From Monocercomonoides exilis PA203 (Eukaryota; Protista; Preaxostyla), in the NCBI GenBank assembly GCA_001643675.2, contig LSRY02000018.1, positions 1,240,001-1,304,000 of the forward strand: 64,000 bases of DNA. The letters run 5' to 3'. The translations under genes and the position numbers were made by a program. Under the pieces are notes generated by a model. The model worked only from the letters and a program-made list of their open reading frames with translations, searched no databases and was not told the DNA's origin. Shown here piece by piece: positions 24,596 through 38,148 of the stretch. Numbering within the stretch: position 1 is the stretch's first letter; each line of letters begins with the position of its first letter.

Positions 24596-27069
24596 ATGCT
24601 TGAATGGAATAAAGCTTTTAGAGCAGGTTTGGAGCAAAGAGGAATTTCCGGTAAAATTTGTTTTTTTTAATTTATAATTTTGTTTTGCAGAAGTTGGGCA
24701 ATTTTTGGATGATGCACAATGCTTTTATGCGTGTACTCAAAAAGCTTTGTCAGTGAAGCTGATTGACCAATTGTCAAGTTTTCTCTCTTCCCAGTCTCCA
24801 AATTGTGAGGAATATCCGTTTGAACAGCTGCGATGTGCAATCATGGAATGTCGCAATGAGCCAAAGGAGCTTCAATTGCTTCTAAATGGACTGGTATGCA
24901 TATTAAAGCATTGCTACTGTTTGACTAATTCCAGTCGTGATGATCCTGCATTCGGAATGCTTTTGAGCCATAACTATCCCAAGTTGGTTGAAGATATGAC
25001 AACATTTTTTTTCAGCGTGCCACGGCGTTCGTTTAACGAAGTGGTTCCTATTGTAGAGCTGCTGTTTCGTGTTGTTTCATATGGAAGGATTTTCAGTGAA
25101 ATGAGTAAAGGAGCTCAATCACAGATTGTTTTCTATTATTTGGACAGCGCATTTCTGGAAATGCAGAGCAACGAAAAGCCGATATTGTCAGAAGGATGGT
25201 TGTTCTCTTTATTTGTCATAATTTCGGAAAAGAGCATTAATCGAACAAATATTAGTTTGTTCAATGATTACAGATTGTTTTTGGTAATTTATATTTTATC
25301 GCTGTTTATGTGTTTGTTCAGGTGGAGTTTTGCTGAGCAACAAAAAATTTGTGAAAAAGCGAATATTTCACATTCTTAAGCAGCATAGCAAATGCGAAAG
25401 CGAAAGACTGAGCTTGTCGGGGTTTGCAAAAGGGATGCTATTGAGGTTGGTGTGGAACTTGGACAATGCGATTCGGGCAAAAGACAAGGAAGAACGGATC
25501 GAGCAAGGATTTAAAGAATACAAGCGAATACTTAAAGAGGAATATGATGAAAAGAAAAGCATGAGTTACCTTGACGGGCTGTATTTCTCGCGCTCGCCGT
25601 ATGTTGAGGATGAAGAAGCATTCGGGGATGTTGTGTTTGACACAGCCTGTGACACGCTTTGCTGCTGGCACGAATGTGTCTATGGTGATGGAAAAGAATG
25701 CACTTGTTTCAGCAATGATGAAGTGAGAAAGGGAGTGGGTAGGAAATGGGGAAAGGTGTGGTGCGCCGTTCATAGAATGATGAATGAAACTGCGATGAGG
25801 ATGCTTGAGGTGTGCTGCTTTGGGAAGAAATATCTCGGAGAGAGAAGAGACATTACTGATGATGCGGGCAAACTGATGGGCTTGAAAAGGAAGAGACGAT
25901 CGAGACTATTAACGCTTTTTAACGATGATGAGGTGGTTCGCAGCATAATGTCCGCGGTGCACTCAAGTCAAAGACGAAGCGTGGATAAGCCGGCATTGAA
26001 ACTGCTGACATCCATAATTCGTGCCGGAAGAAATGAAGGAAGAAGCAGAGCAAGAGCGATGCTTTCTGGAGTTTTGTCGACCATTTGCGAACTGCTGACG
26101 AGAGGAAAAGATTGTAGAGGATATAAATATCGAACATGGCTGCGTTTTGTGGGGGACATGATTCAAACAACAATCACACGGCCTTGGGCAAAACTGAAGA
26201 CACTAAATGGGTATTTTGGAAAGGTAAGCCCTGTTTTCTTTTATGCAGACATTTTGGCGCTTCGGGAGATGTTGGAAGAGGAAGGGTTTGGAGATCTGTT
26301 GGTGGCTATTACCATTGCAATGTGTGAATCATATGAGTGGCTTTCAGAGGTCATGTTTTTGTGGTATGAGCTAATTTGCAGCTTTGTGACGCTGAGCCGT
26401 GGAAAGACTTACGAATTGTTCAACCACAACATTTTGAGAATACCGAATCATAATGACGAATTCGACGAACAATTAGTTTGGTTGTATTTCTATCGTGGAA
26501 GAGCGACGTATCACAAGTGGACTTTTGATGTTTCAACACTCAGCGATTCATCTTCATTCTCCGAGTTGGAAGGCGGAAATGTTGAGAGCGACACCTCCCC
26601 TGATCCTTATTGGTATGAGCATTTCACAACCTCTGATTCATCAGAGGCAGGCAACGAGAGCGAGGAGATCAGATGGGTGCAGACTCCGCATGGATTGTGG
26701 AAAATGAAAAAAGATGAAGTGGTGCCATTGTTTGAATTCACTTACACGAGCAGATTTTTCGGTCGCAAACGAAAATACCAGTCGAAGCACAAGTGGAGGA
26801 GGGTGCAGACGAACAGAAGGAGAAAGCGGAACAAAGGAAAGGTGCTGATGCAGCTGAAGAAGGAGGAAGGATTTCGAGAAAGAAGGAGAAAAGGAAAGCA
26901 GAGAAGGGACGATGCGAAGTTTGAGCTGAGAACGGAAATGTGGGAACGTGCACTTCATGAGCTTTCTGAAGACGAATACCTGGATGAAGAATGGGAGTGT
27001 TCTGAAAAGAATGAAGAAGATAAAAAGGAGGAAGAGAACGAAAACAAAGAGGACAGTTATCGAATTTAA
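24596..27069 (+). CDS. hypothetical protein (exons 24596-24650, 24691-25254, 25322-27069), helical core with basic then acidic C-terminus
   Basis: GT-AG introns 24651-24690 and 25255-25321 (GTTTGT donor) join the 224-aa and 579-aa ORFs in frame; no family recognised. Confidence 0.7.
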
Positions 27070-28241
27070 AAAAAAAGAAGTATATTTGCCGAAAAGAGTA
27101 CATGAATTCATACAAAAGAAATAAACTCTTCTGCTTTGATAGGTTTTTTTATATGCAAACAATCGAAACAGAAGCAATTAAAGCAGAAATGATTGTTATT
27201 GCTTTGCATTTTTAAAGATTCAAGATTCGAAAATTGCGTTATTTATAGATTTTGTTTGTGAGTTGTTGCTGTTTTTTTGAGTGATTTTTTGAAAGTGTTT
27301 TCTTGCATTTTTTTATTTTCTCTCTTTATTTCAAAATAAACTTATTTTTGAATCGAGTTCTGAATTGAATGATGAAGTGACTGTGTGCTTTGGTGGCTGT
27401 AAATTGTTTTTACTTCTCTTTATTTCTCTTTATTTTTTTGGATAATCTTTAGTCATTATATTTCCGTTGGTTTTTGTTAATTTGTCATTCAAATGTTTTG
27501 TTTCTTTTATTATTTTTGTAATTTTTGTAGCAATTATTTTATTATTATTTACAGATTTCTATTTTTGATTTTGAAGATTTTTCTTGAAGTGTTCTGTTAT
27601 TTTCAATCGAAAAACAAATTACAATGCGTCTGATATGATTTTACAAAATAAAAAATACCAATAAAAAAGATTTATTAAGATTTTTCCATTTTCAAATAAG
27701 AGATGATATACTTTGAGTTTGTGTTTAAATCAGTCTCCGATAGAGCTCAGACATTCAAGACACAAAATCGGTAAATGAATCATTAAATCAATTTCCGTTT
27801 CTCCTTTATTCAAAGTGAATCTGAAATCATTTGGAGAAAATGTGGATCTTGTTTCAAAGCACATGAAGTATCAAATTAATTTTCTTGACATATATATCTA
27901 TTAATTAATTTATTTTTCGTTTTTTTGGAACGAGCATTGAAAGAAAACGTATTACGACATTTCATAAATATTATCAAAAATGACTCGAAAAGTTAACTAA
28001 AATTTTTTTTTATCATTTTCAGATAATAACAAATCATTTTTTCGTTTATAAGCTCCAAAAGAACTCCAATTAATGTGATATTTTATTTTTCCGAAGCTTC
28101 GTTTATTTTTCTTCCTTTTTGACGAAGTATTTAAATGTGAAAAAAAAACTATTGGATAAATTGAATTTTTAAAACAACTCGCTTTCAAAATATAATAAAG
28201 TTAACTCTCATTGTTTTTGACAACGAACAAGTATCTGGTCT

Positions 28242-29570
28242 TTACTGCTTCTTCACTTGTAATGATTTTGCCATTGCCATCAAAGAAGCAAGATCTTCGT
28301 CTTTGTCTTCGTTTTTGGCTTCTTCCTCGTCTTCCTCTTCAGCCACATACGATTCAAGTGGATACTCAAATACAAGCTCTGGATTGGCAGTTGTATCTAC
28401 AACGTCAACGGACTCGTCAATAATCACAATGCCAAATGGATTTTCTATCTCTTTTTTTGGCTTTTCCGATTCTCCGCTGGATGACGAAGAAGACGAGCTC
28501 TTCGATTCTGCTTCTTCCCGTTTCTTTTTCTCGAGAAATGCTTTAAATTCCTCTTGTCGCCTCCGGCATAATTCATTCGTGCATTTTTCATTGGGATGAA
28601 GTTCCACTTGCGGGAAATGATCTTTCAATGCATTATATCCGATGTAGGACACAACAGATCCAAAGTGCAGCAGATGCTTCAAGGTGTTTTGAACCATAAT
28701 TCCAGCAACGATTCCCATTGTGGTTGGAAGAGACGCTGCACAAACGCCTTCTCTCTTTATCTTAGATTCATCCACATCCATTGACACTGACAATGGTGGC
28801 AGGCACTCAAAGCATGGGGTTGCGCCAGGCTTCACAAACTGAATGTGGCCAGAGATGGCTGTCTCGCTCACTCCGCTTTCAAACCAAACAATTCCCAATT
28901 CCAGACATGCTCTGTTAATGGTAATTCTTGCTGTGTGATTATCCACGCAACACAAAACTAGATCAACGGGGCGAGGCTTAGATGGATCAGATGGATCAGG
29001 AAGTCCTTCTGTTTGAAGAGTTTTAACGAAAAGTTTATAATTTGGAACTGTTGTGATATTATAGCAGTATGGAGTAATTACCACATCAGGATTAATTTTT
29101 CCCAATGTCTTTGCAGCTGCGTCAGTTTTTGTCATACCCACCTTTGTTTCAAGAAGAAATTTTTTAAAAAATAAATATTTTGTAAATATATAAAAAAATT
29201 TTTAAAAAAGCATTAAATCATATAAATCATTAATTTCGAATATTTTGCAAGTAATGTCATCAAACTTGATCGGGGGTAAAGAAAAGCCTATTCATATTTG
29301 CAAGTTCAACTTTATCATAATCAAAAATTATCAATTTTCCAATTCCGCATCTCGTTAACATTTCACATGTAACGCTTCCGATTCCACCAACACCAATAAC
29401 GGCCACGGTTTTTTGTCGAATTTGCTCATAATTTGGAGCAATTCCCATCTTTTTAAGTGCCATCAAACGACTGTACGGATTCTAAAAAGAAAACGGAAGG
29501 AAAACGCATCAATAATCTAATTTCTCCAGTGGTATGCTTCGCATACAGAGTCATTTACTTCATCGTTCAT
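28242..29570 (-). CDS. UBA5: ubiquitin-like modifier-activating enzyme 5 (UFM1 E1); exons 29570-29547, 29481-29266, 29141-28242
   Basis: [51 protein letters not shown], catalytic [15 protein letters not shown] (LIR/UFIM-like) and C-terminal [11 protein letters not shown]. Confidence 0.95.
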
Positions 29571-29769
29571 TTTGACAAGTGTCTTTCAGAATCAATATTT
29601 AATAAAAGTTCAGATCACTCTCCAGTTATGAAATATCAATGGGCAAATCATTTTTGAAAACTTCGCTTTCTGAACACTTTTTTTTAAATTTAATAAGAAA
29701 TCAAATGAAAGTTTCAAAAAAAAAAAAAAATCAAAGTGCAAATTAAAACAGAAAAAAATTATTTAACGT

Positions 29770-32290
29770 TTAATTCCTCAAAAATCGAGTTTTGATAAAA
29801 AATGATTTCCATCTTTCAATCAGTTCATCAGCTAAACAACTTCCATATCCTCTTTGAGCATTATCTCCTGATTTACTAAATATTGATAAAAAGTTTTCTC
29901 CAATTGTGGATATGGCCAAATGTTCAGCAGAACGAATAAGAGCTTGTGATGCTTCAGGAATTTGAAGGACTTCTTGAGCAGTAATTCGCTTTGAAGGATC
30001 CTTTTGTCACAAAAAATAAATCATAAACAAATAGAAAATCGATTGAATATTCAAAAATCAATATTTTCAAAAAAATGTATTTTAGATTAATATAAATGAA
30101 TGATTGGATAATTTGCAATCGAATTTGCATACCACATTTAGCATTGATGCGATAAGTGAATGGAAACTTTCAGAGAAATAGCTTGGTAACTCAAAGTGCG
30201 CTATATCTGCGCTGTCTCCAGAGATAAGTTGAGCGATTAAAGCACCTAACATCCAAATGTCTGTTTGTGGAGATCCTCTGAATAGGGAAGAAAAAATTGG
30301 AACGGATATTTTCAACAGCAAATAAATTAGTGAACAAATAAAATTTGAAACAAAAAATCCAAAAAATAATTATAATTAAACAAAATTGTGGAATATGAGG
30401 AAGAAAGCAAAAGAGAGAAAATTTATCAAACTTTGCGTTGTCTGCCCATTCTGGTGGTCGATTAGGTGAAGCTGTGTTCGAATAGCATGGTAAAAATTCT
30501 GAATAGCCGCCTAATTAAATCAAAGAAAATTGTAAAAAGCAAATATGTCGGAGTGACACAAAAGATATAATTTTAGAAAAACCACATGAAATAATAAATC
30601 ATTTATTGTATGGCATTTTGTAAAAAAAGGTTATAACGATAAGCATACTGAGTTGGAAATGTTTCCTGTGAAAAACGAATACATGAGTCTTGTAGATGCG
30701 ATTGTGAATAATGTTTTGGGAGTGGAGTGTGCAAAGTGCTTCTGCCATTTCAGCAATGAAACGCCAAAGACGCTGTTTGAAAGTTTAGGAATGGCGCAAA
30801 TTGTTCAAACGATAATGATGATGATTACAATGAGGAAAATAAGGTTAAAAAAAAAGGCTCTTATTCAATTTATTCTCGAAAATGTCTATTTCAATAATGA
30901 CTCGTAAAAGAAAGAAACCACAAATCTTCATTTCTTCTATTTCCCACAGCATTCTCTTTCGTTTTTCAAACCTCTTCGCTCCACGTTTTGTGCTTCTCCT
31001 TCATTTCATTCTCGAACACTTCCAGCGCAATGCCTGGCCTTGTGAGAGCTGCATATTCAAACAGATTATCCTCAAACGCATCCACAACAGAAAGAAGAAA
31101 TGGAGAGCGCAAAGTGGTAAAGCTTCGTATTTTGTCTAAGTCGAATGCAGACGGTTGTGATTCCATAAGAAATTGGGGGAAATTTGTGGAACTATGCGAG
31201 GGAATAAGCCGAGCGAGAGTTGGAGATAAGAGAGCCAGTTCATTTGTTGATGATGATGATGTAATTGATGAAGTTGTGGATGATGATGATGAAGAAGACG
31301 AAGAAGAAGATGATGATGACGATGATGAAGATGATGAAGATGATGAATGAAAAGGCAAAATAGGTGAAGATTTCTCAGCTTCGACGCATTCGTTGCCTGG
31401 ATAGATCGGCAACGGAGGAAGAGGCCGAATAACCGTCGGCCAAATCGCTCGCATAAGCGGAGTGGGAGGTGGATTAACTGTATTACTTAAATAACTGATA
31501 TGATACTCACTAGACTCGTCAGTCGATTGCAGCCCTTTTTGTATTAATTCTTGTTCCTGCTCGTCTGAATGTGTTTCGGTGTTTGCAGATTCTCCTTCCT
31601 GTTCTCCATCTTGCTGCCCAGAAGCTTCCACATCGCTGACTTCTGCCTCGTTCTGAACAGAACTTTCAGAACGCGACTGAAGCTCATGCTGAAGTTGAAG
31701 CTGACTTTGCTGTTGCATCTTGTCGTGCCGTTCTTGTGCAAATGAGTAATAGCTGTCACTGGGTATGGATTGCTGATGCTCTGGGGAATTTATCCGCTTC
31801 GGTGCTTTGATGATGATCAGATCTTCTGTTGTGTGCTTGTTGGTGGCGTAAAGGCACATGATGTCGTGTGTTATCCTAAACTTTTGGAAAATGTCATCTG
31901 CAACAAAATATTTTACAGAGAGAAAGAAAATGTTTTATTTAAATGCGAAAAGAAGAAGAAGAAGAAATTATTTTGTTCCGATTGCAAACAAGTATAAGAA
32001 ACAAAAAGTGAAAAAGTGGAGGGGGAAAAAAGAGTGTTAAAAGAAAAGTTAAATAATCAAAATAATGAGTGTCCAAACAAAATTCTATCTTTCCGTAAAT
32101 TTGAGGTTGCCTGTCTGTTTCCAATGAAGCTGATGAAGAAGAAGAAGAATTAGTTGATAAGATATCCAATGGAAGAGGTGGATGAAGAAGATTATCAGGA
32201 CTGAAATCGATTTCATTCGAAGAAGAAGAAGAAGAAGAAGAAGAAGAAGAAGAAGAAGAAGAAGAAGAAGAAGAAGAAGAAGAAGAAGAA

Positions 32291-32330
<40 letters not shown>

Positions 32331-35172
32331 TGACATTGGAAGAACTTGATTGTTGATCATCAATTTTCTTTTCAATTTTCTCGCTTTCATCTTTTTCTAA
32401 ACTTGATTCTGATTTTTTCTCTTTCTCTTCTTTTTTGCCTTCACCACTTTCACTCGATTCTTTCCCACTTTCCTTTCCTTTATCCTTCTCTTTCTCTCTT
32501 TCTCTTTCTCTTTCTCTTTCTCTTTCTTTCTCCTTCACCTTCTCTTTCTCTCTCTCTTTCTCTTTCTCTTCTTCAAAAAGCGGCTCCGCGCAAAGCGTCT
32601 TTATCTGCTGCACAATAACTTTTGTTTCTGTTGTCAAAATATAAAACTTCTCCACCACTTCCACAATCTCCTTCACTTTCTCGTTGATAAGGTCGTATTC
32701 TTTCTCAAGAGGCCCTTTAACTCTGCATTCTCCCTTTCGCTTTGCCTTCAATTTGAATTGCGATCTTTTTGCAGCTTTTTGCTTTGCATTCCTTTTTGTC
32801 CTTTCTATCGGCAGCTGTTTTGATTCAATTTCCTCGTTTCTTTTTCCTTCGCTTGTCTCATTTGAATGATTATTATCATAATCACCACCATTTTCAGCAT
32901 CACTTTCATTAAGAGTACTGCTGCTGCTGTTTTCACCCTGTTTCTCTGATTGCTTCTCCTTTTCATCTGAAACTTCGGCTTCTTCTGAGTTGTCTGGTTT
33001 GTCTGCCTTTTCGGTTGTTTCAACGTTGCCTTTGTCATATTCTTCATCCGCTTCTGCCTTTTTCTCTGTGCCTTTATCATCTCCATCACTTTTAGTTTTA
33101 ACCTCATTTTCATCCTGTGTTGATTCCTCTTTTTCTTCTTCTTCATTCTCTTCTTCTTCAAATTCCTCGTCTTCTTCTTCCTCCTCTTCCTCTTCCTCTT
33201 CTTCTTCTTCTCCCTCTTCTTCTTCCTCCTCCGTGTCTTCATCGAATTCGTCTTCTCCTCCTTCACACATTAAATCGAAACTAAAAACCCCTTCCTTTTT
33301 TCTAATCCTCCTCCTCTTCCTCCTCGCTTCTTTCACTTTCTCTCTCTCTTTCTCCTTTTCTCTCCTATTCCTCTCCTCTCTTTCCTCATCAATCTCCTTC
33401 TGCGCCCTCGTCTTCAGCACCTCCAGAACCTGCTGCAGTCGATTAACCATCGCGAAGATCTTGCAGATCGTCTTCACCTCTTTCGGCCCTGTTGTCAGCG
33501 GCATCACAGTCGTCGACGGCATCGGGATGTCCCCCATCGCCGACAGCGGGTGCCGGAATTTGTTGAATGGAGGCGTTTTCAGAGGCCTGAGTGGGTCGTA
33601 GTTTGCGTTCATTGTCTTCATGAAGAGATAGATGATTCGGATGCCGTAGTTCGGAAGGTATGGTGCGGAGGTCGCGTTGAGCAGGGTTATTCCCATCCGC
33701 AGGTGGAAGTCGTCGATCTTTGAGATCGTGTCCATTTGCTTTGTGGTTGATGACCACTGTTGGTGAATGAAAGAAGTGCATTGACAAATTATAACAGAAA
33801 GTGCATTGCAATTCATTTAATTCGAAAAGAATAATTTAAAATTTTTATTTGAAGGTTACAAAATTTGAAAAAATATGTATTTTAATTATGTGTGAAAATC
33901 AAACTGAGAACAAACCAGTCCGTATATCATAAACTGCTCGATTAGGCAGACAGTTTTCTTGATTAATGTCAGTCCTTTCTCTTCGGGAATGCTTTGCTTG
34001 TTGATGTTACTCAGGAAAATATTCATTAAGCAAGTGCCAAATCGTTGAGTTTGTATTAAATGCCGCGGGAGGATTATTAAAGATAACTGAATTTATGTTG
34101 ATAATATTAAAAGGCGAAAAAAACGATTAGGATTAAATTAAATATGAAATAAAAAACAACAAAGTTGTCAAATTTCTAAATTGAAAAGCAACGGTCAAGG
34201 AAAAATCAAAAACTCTTAAAACCTAATCAGTTTTATCCTCATTTTAATTTCTTCTATTTCAATAAAGTGAGTTTTATTCAAAAATGTCTTAAGCCTTTAT
34301 AATCCTATTTTCACATACAGTTCTCATTGCCTTGAGAATACAATACATTTGATGGTACGTTGGACAATGAGGTGGGCGTGGATTTGTGCTCCAGTCAGTA
34401 AACATTCTTGTTGTTATAATCTGGTTAAAGCGATGCTTAACCAATTTGTTGGTTAGACTCAGATGAATGTTACAGCCAGAAAAGAATGAAAGTGTGGCAT
34501 GTGGATCCATAAGTTCCTTTAAACTACTCTCTGGAACATATTCTACTGGTTTGAGCTCTTTTCTCATCTTTCTCTCAGCAGCAGTTGTAAGTGTATCAAA
34601 GTTAAAAGGGAAAAATTGTCCCAGAAGATCAAATGCTTCTGTAAAATGAGGTTGAGTTTTTATAACAAGGAGCACAAATGATAGCGCTTTTCTCATAAAT
34701 TTTCTAATTGCGATCAGTTCATCCGTAGGATAGTCTCTGTTTCAAAAAATGACATATTTCATAAATATGATTAAAGGCAAAAACAAACTTGATTTTCGCA
34801 ATTGTTTTCATTGATAATGATATTAAAGAAAATAAATGCATTAATATGTTTGTAGGAATTTGTTCGATTTTTTCTTCATTTCGAAGCTCCAAAAGAGGAA
34901 TCATTTCAGTTACAGCAGCAGCCAAAACACCTTTAAAAAAAGAAACATATGAAAATAAATATTGTTATTCGAAATTATCTCTTGCACAAACAGATATCAT
35001 CGGAAGTAATCAAAGGCTTCAATTCCTTTGCAATAAGTTTAAGATTCTCTAAAGACTTGAGAGCAGGATGAATTCCTTAAAAAGCCAAGTTTTTTGTAAA
35101 GAGCGTTAAGAAAAATGTAATGTGCATACGTAATTGAAAACGTGTGCGTGTATAAACGATTTTATCTGACAT
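29770..35172 (-). CDS. large multi-exon protein with acidic/Ser-rich middle and a C-terminal degenerate (NEK-like) kinase fold
   Basis: ATG at 35172; ORFs 34719-34925, 34289-34696, 31939-33816, 30966-31859, 30082-30321 all on the minus strand separated by AT-rich GT-AG gaps; kinase landmarks IIIK, LWRFIAEMAEALCTLHSQNIIHNRI, PPEW, TDIWMLG, DPSKRITAQEVL; TAA at 29770. Joining everything into one gene is inferred. Confidence 0.65.
32219..32329. repeat. (GAA)n(GAT)n coding microsatellite encoding poly-Ser on the minus strand
   Basis: Seen directly. Confidence 0.95.
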
Positions 35173-35254
35173 TTTCAATGAAAATAAAAAATGTGATCGT
35201 TTATGGACCATATTAATTTTATGAATTACTTATTTTTGTTTTCATGTTTCATTA
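35173..35254. promoter_or_regulatory. putative bidirectional promoter (82 bp between divergent start codons)
   Basis: Predicted ATG at 35172 (-) and ATG at 35255 (+). Confidence 0.5.
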
Positions 35255-38148
35255 ATGACAGAAAATTCTGAAACTACCGAAGGAACACCCATTTACATCA
35301 ACGTTTATGATCTTTTGATTAAAGGCAAAAATTTTAACAATCGATTTTTTGTATGTATCTTGAAAATGTTTTTTTAAAATAATAACGAATTTATATCGTT
35401 GCTTAAATTTGTATTTATTCTTTTGTTTGCTTTATTCAGAGTTTTTATCATAGTGGAGTCCAAATTGGCTTTAGAGGTTGATATTTTTGCTTTAGGATTT
35501 TTGAAATACTCTTTAACAATTATTTTTTTCAGAATATGCATTTGGAGGTGGAAGAAAGGGAAGCGGGGTTTGGGTTCAACCTCCTGCTTATGCTCCTAAA
35601 GGGTGCGTGTTTAGAGAAACAAAGTTTATTGGTAATTGCACAAAAACAAGTGAAGAAATTCAAGCATTGATTTCAAAAATCAGTGAAGAATATCAGTCTT
35701 CCTCCTACCACATTGTTAAACGAAACTGTAATGATTTTGCGAATGATCTTTGCTTCAGATTATGTGGAGTTGTATGTTATTTTGCAGTTAATATATTTTC
35801 AGTTTTTTTACTAAAAAATTTATTAAAGGGGATACCAAAGTGGGTAAATAGCACAGCTTCATTCATTGGGAAATTTATTGGAAAATCAACAAGTTTGTTT
35901 TAATATTTCACATTTTTTATTTGTAATGTGCTTTGTGTTGCTGTGATATAAAGTGCCTGGGGATCTAATAGCAACACCTTCAAAAGAAGGTGAAGCTAAT
36001 TCAATTGGTGAAACTGATTTTGCAGACTGGGAAGAGCTGACATATGAATTTCCAGTTACATCATCTCCACATGATTCGGACTCTGATAGATCTGAAGACA
36101 TTAAAGAAGATCAAAAGAAAAGAGCTGCCAAAAGCGAACAAAAGGAAAATCGAACAGAAGAATCAGGAGAAAGTGAAGACAGTGAAGAAATATTTGATTT
36201 TGAAGGAAGCTTTGAATTTGCAGCGGTGAAGCCTTCTGAATATCTTTCTTTTCCTGACGAAGGATCGAAGGGCGATGGAGATAAGGACGAGAGAAAAATC
36301 GATGCTGCTGATTTAAACGCAGAAATATTGAAGAAGCTGAAGAAGAAGAAGAAAGAGAAAAAGAAACAGCAAAAGCAGAAGGAGAAGCAGAAGCAGTCTG
36401 CGCATGAAGATGAAGATGAAGAAGACAAATTGCACACGGCAGGCGCATCTGCTGCCAGTTCTTCACCTCCTTCTCCCGCTTTGTCTTCTTCTTCTTCTGA
36501 TTCTTCGGATTCATCTGAATCTTCCGATTACCTGCCTCCTTATCACTTCAGAGCATCTCGCCATTTGGATGCTCCAGTTGTCACAAAAAGATCTCATTCT
36601 GCTTCAGATTTCAAAGGAAAGCATGGAGAAAATGAGAAGAATGAGAGAAAGAAAGATAATTCAAATGTTTCCAATGAAATAGGCACAAATAAAGGATCCA
36701 CTGACAGTATTTCAAGGCATTTAACTCCATCGGGAAGTGAAGAGTCTCTTAATTCAGTGGACTTTCTTGAAGGGGTGGAGAAGAGAAGAGCGCAGAGAGA
36801 GAGAGAAAGGCAGATGAGACACAAAGTGCGTCATCGCTCTGTTGTGGAAGAAATCATGAATAGCAAAAATAACATGGATATCACATCACTGCAAGTCAAT
36901 AGAAAGACTTCTGGTTCTTCTGGTTCTTCTCATTCTTCTCATTCTTCTTCTTCTTCTTTGCCTCCTTTGCATCCTCCGCACCCTCATTCCCGCCATTCCT
37001 CAATCAATTCACGTGATCATTCACCGGCTCCGTATGCTCCATCTCCTCCTCTTCCTTCCTCTTCTCGCACATCTTCTTCTCATTCCCCTTCTTCTTCTTC
37101 TTCTTCCCATTCGCATTCACACCTTTCCTCCTCTCCCCCTTCTTTCCCTGATTCTCATCCTTTCCCGCCTCCTCCGCGCTTCGCACTCGACATGGCACAT
37201 TCTCCCTTATCTTCGCGCATCCACCCTCCGCCTGCCTCATTCAACAAACAAACAGAACACAGCTCAGCAAGTTCCTCACATTTTTCTCATTTATCTTCTC
37301 CTCCTCCTCCTCCTCCTGCTTCTTCTTCTTCTTCTTCTTCTTCTCTCCCTCCTCCTCCTTCTCATTCACTTCCTTCTTCTTCTCCCCTCAAACAGAACAC
37401 TTCCTCTGCATCTGATCGTCATTCACCATTTCAGCCACGTTATTCCTCTTCCCATTCCAACGGCCCTTCCAAAATTACTTCTGCCACTCGTTCACCGCCA
37501 CCTCCTCCTCCTCCTTATTCAATGAAGTCTTACCCAACGTCAAATCCTTCATCATCTTCTTCTTCCTCTTCCTCTTCTTCCTCTTCTTCCTCGTCTAAAC
37601 ATTCACGTCACAAAAGCACAAGGCATCGCCATCAGTATGTGGATGATGATAACGATCCTGCTTTTCTGGCTGCCATTGAAGAGTCGAAGAGAGAATACGA
37701 AGAATACCAGAAGAGAATGAAGTTGGCACAAGTGACTGAAGAAGGAGGAGGAAAAGAAGGAGACGAAAAAGAAGAGAAAGAAGAGAAAGAGAAAGAAGAA
37801 AAGAAAGAGGAAAAAGAGAAATACGATCGAGAAAATGCGAAGAATGCAACTGACCACAAATCTTCTTCTTCTTCTTCTTCTTTATTTGTACCAGCGTCTT
37901 CTTCAGATCATCGCAATCATCCCCAATCTTCTCTTCCAAAAGTGATGTTTTCTCTTCCACCTGCCCTCACACTCGCAAACACAGTCACAACTAAGACAAC
38001 ACATTCAATCACAACTGGGTCTTCCCTTTTGCCTTTGGCTTTGCCTTCTCCTCCGCCTCGGCACACTTCAGTTTCTCCTTCTCCTTCTCCCTCTCCCTCT
38101 CCCTCTCATTCTTGCTCTCATTCTTCTTCTTTGCATGTGTCAAAATAA
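35255..38148 (+). CDS. DeSI/PPPDE (peptidase C97) isopeptidase with long low-complexity tail and a UIM-like motif
   Basis: Spliced N-terminus: IYINVYDL, FYHSGVQI (catalytic His), EYAFG, YHIVKRNCNDF (catalytic Cys), IPKWVN; last exon is the 731-aa ORF. Confidence 0.85.
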
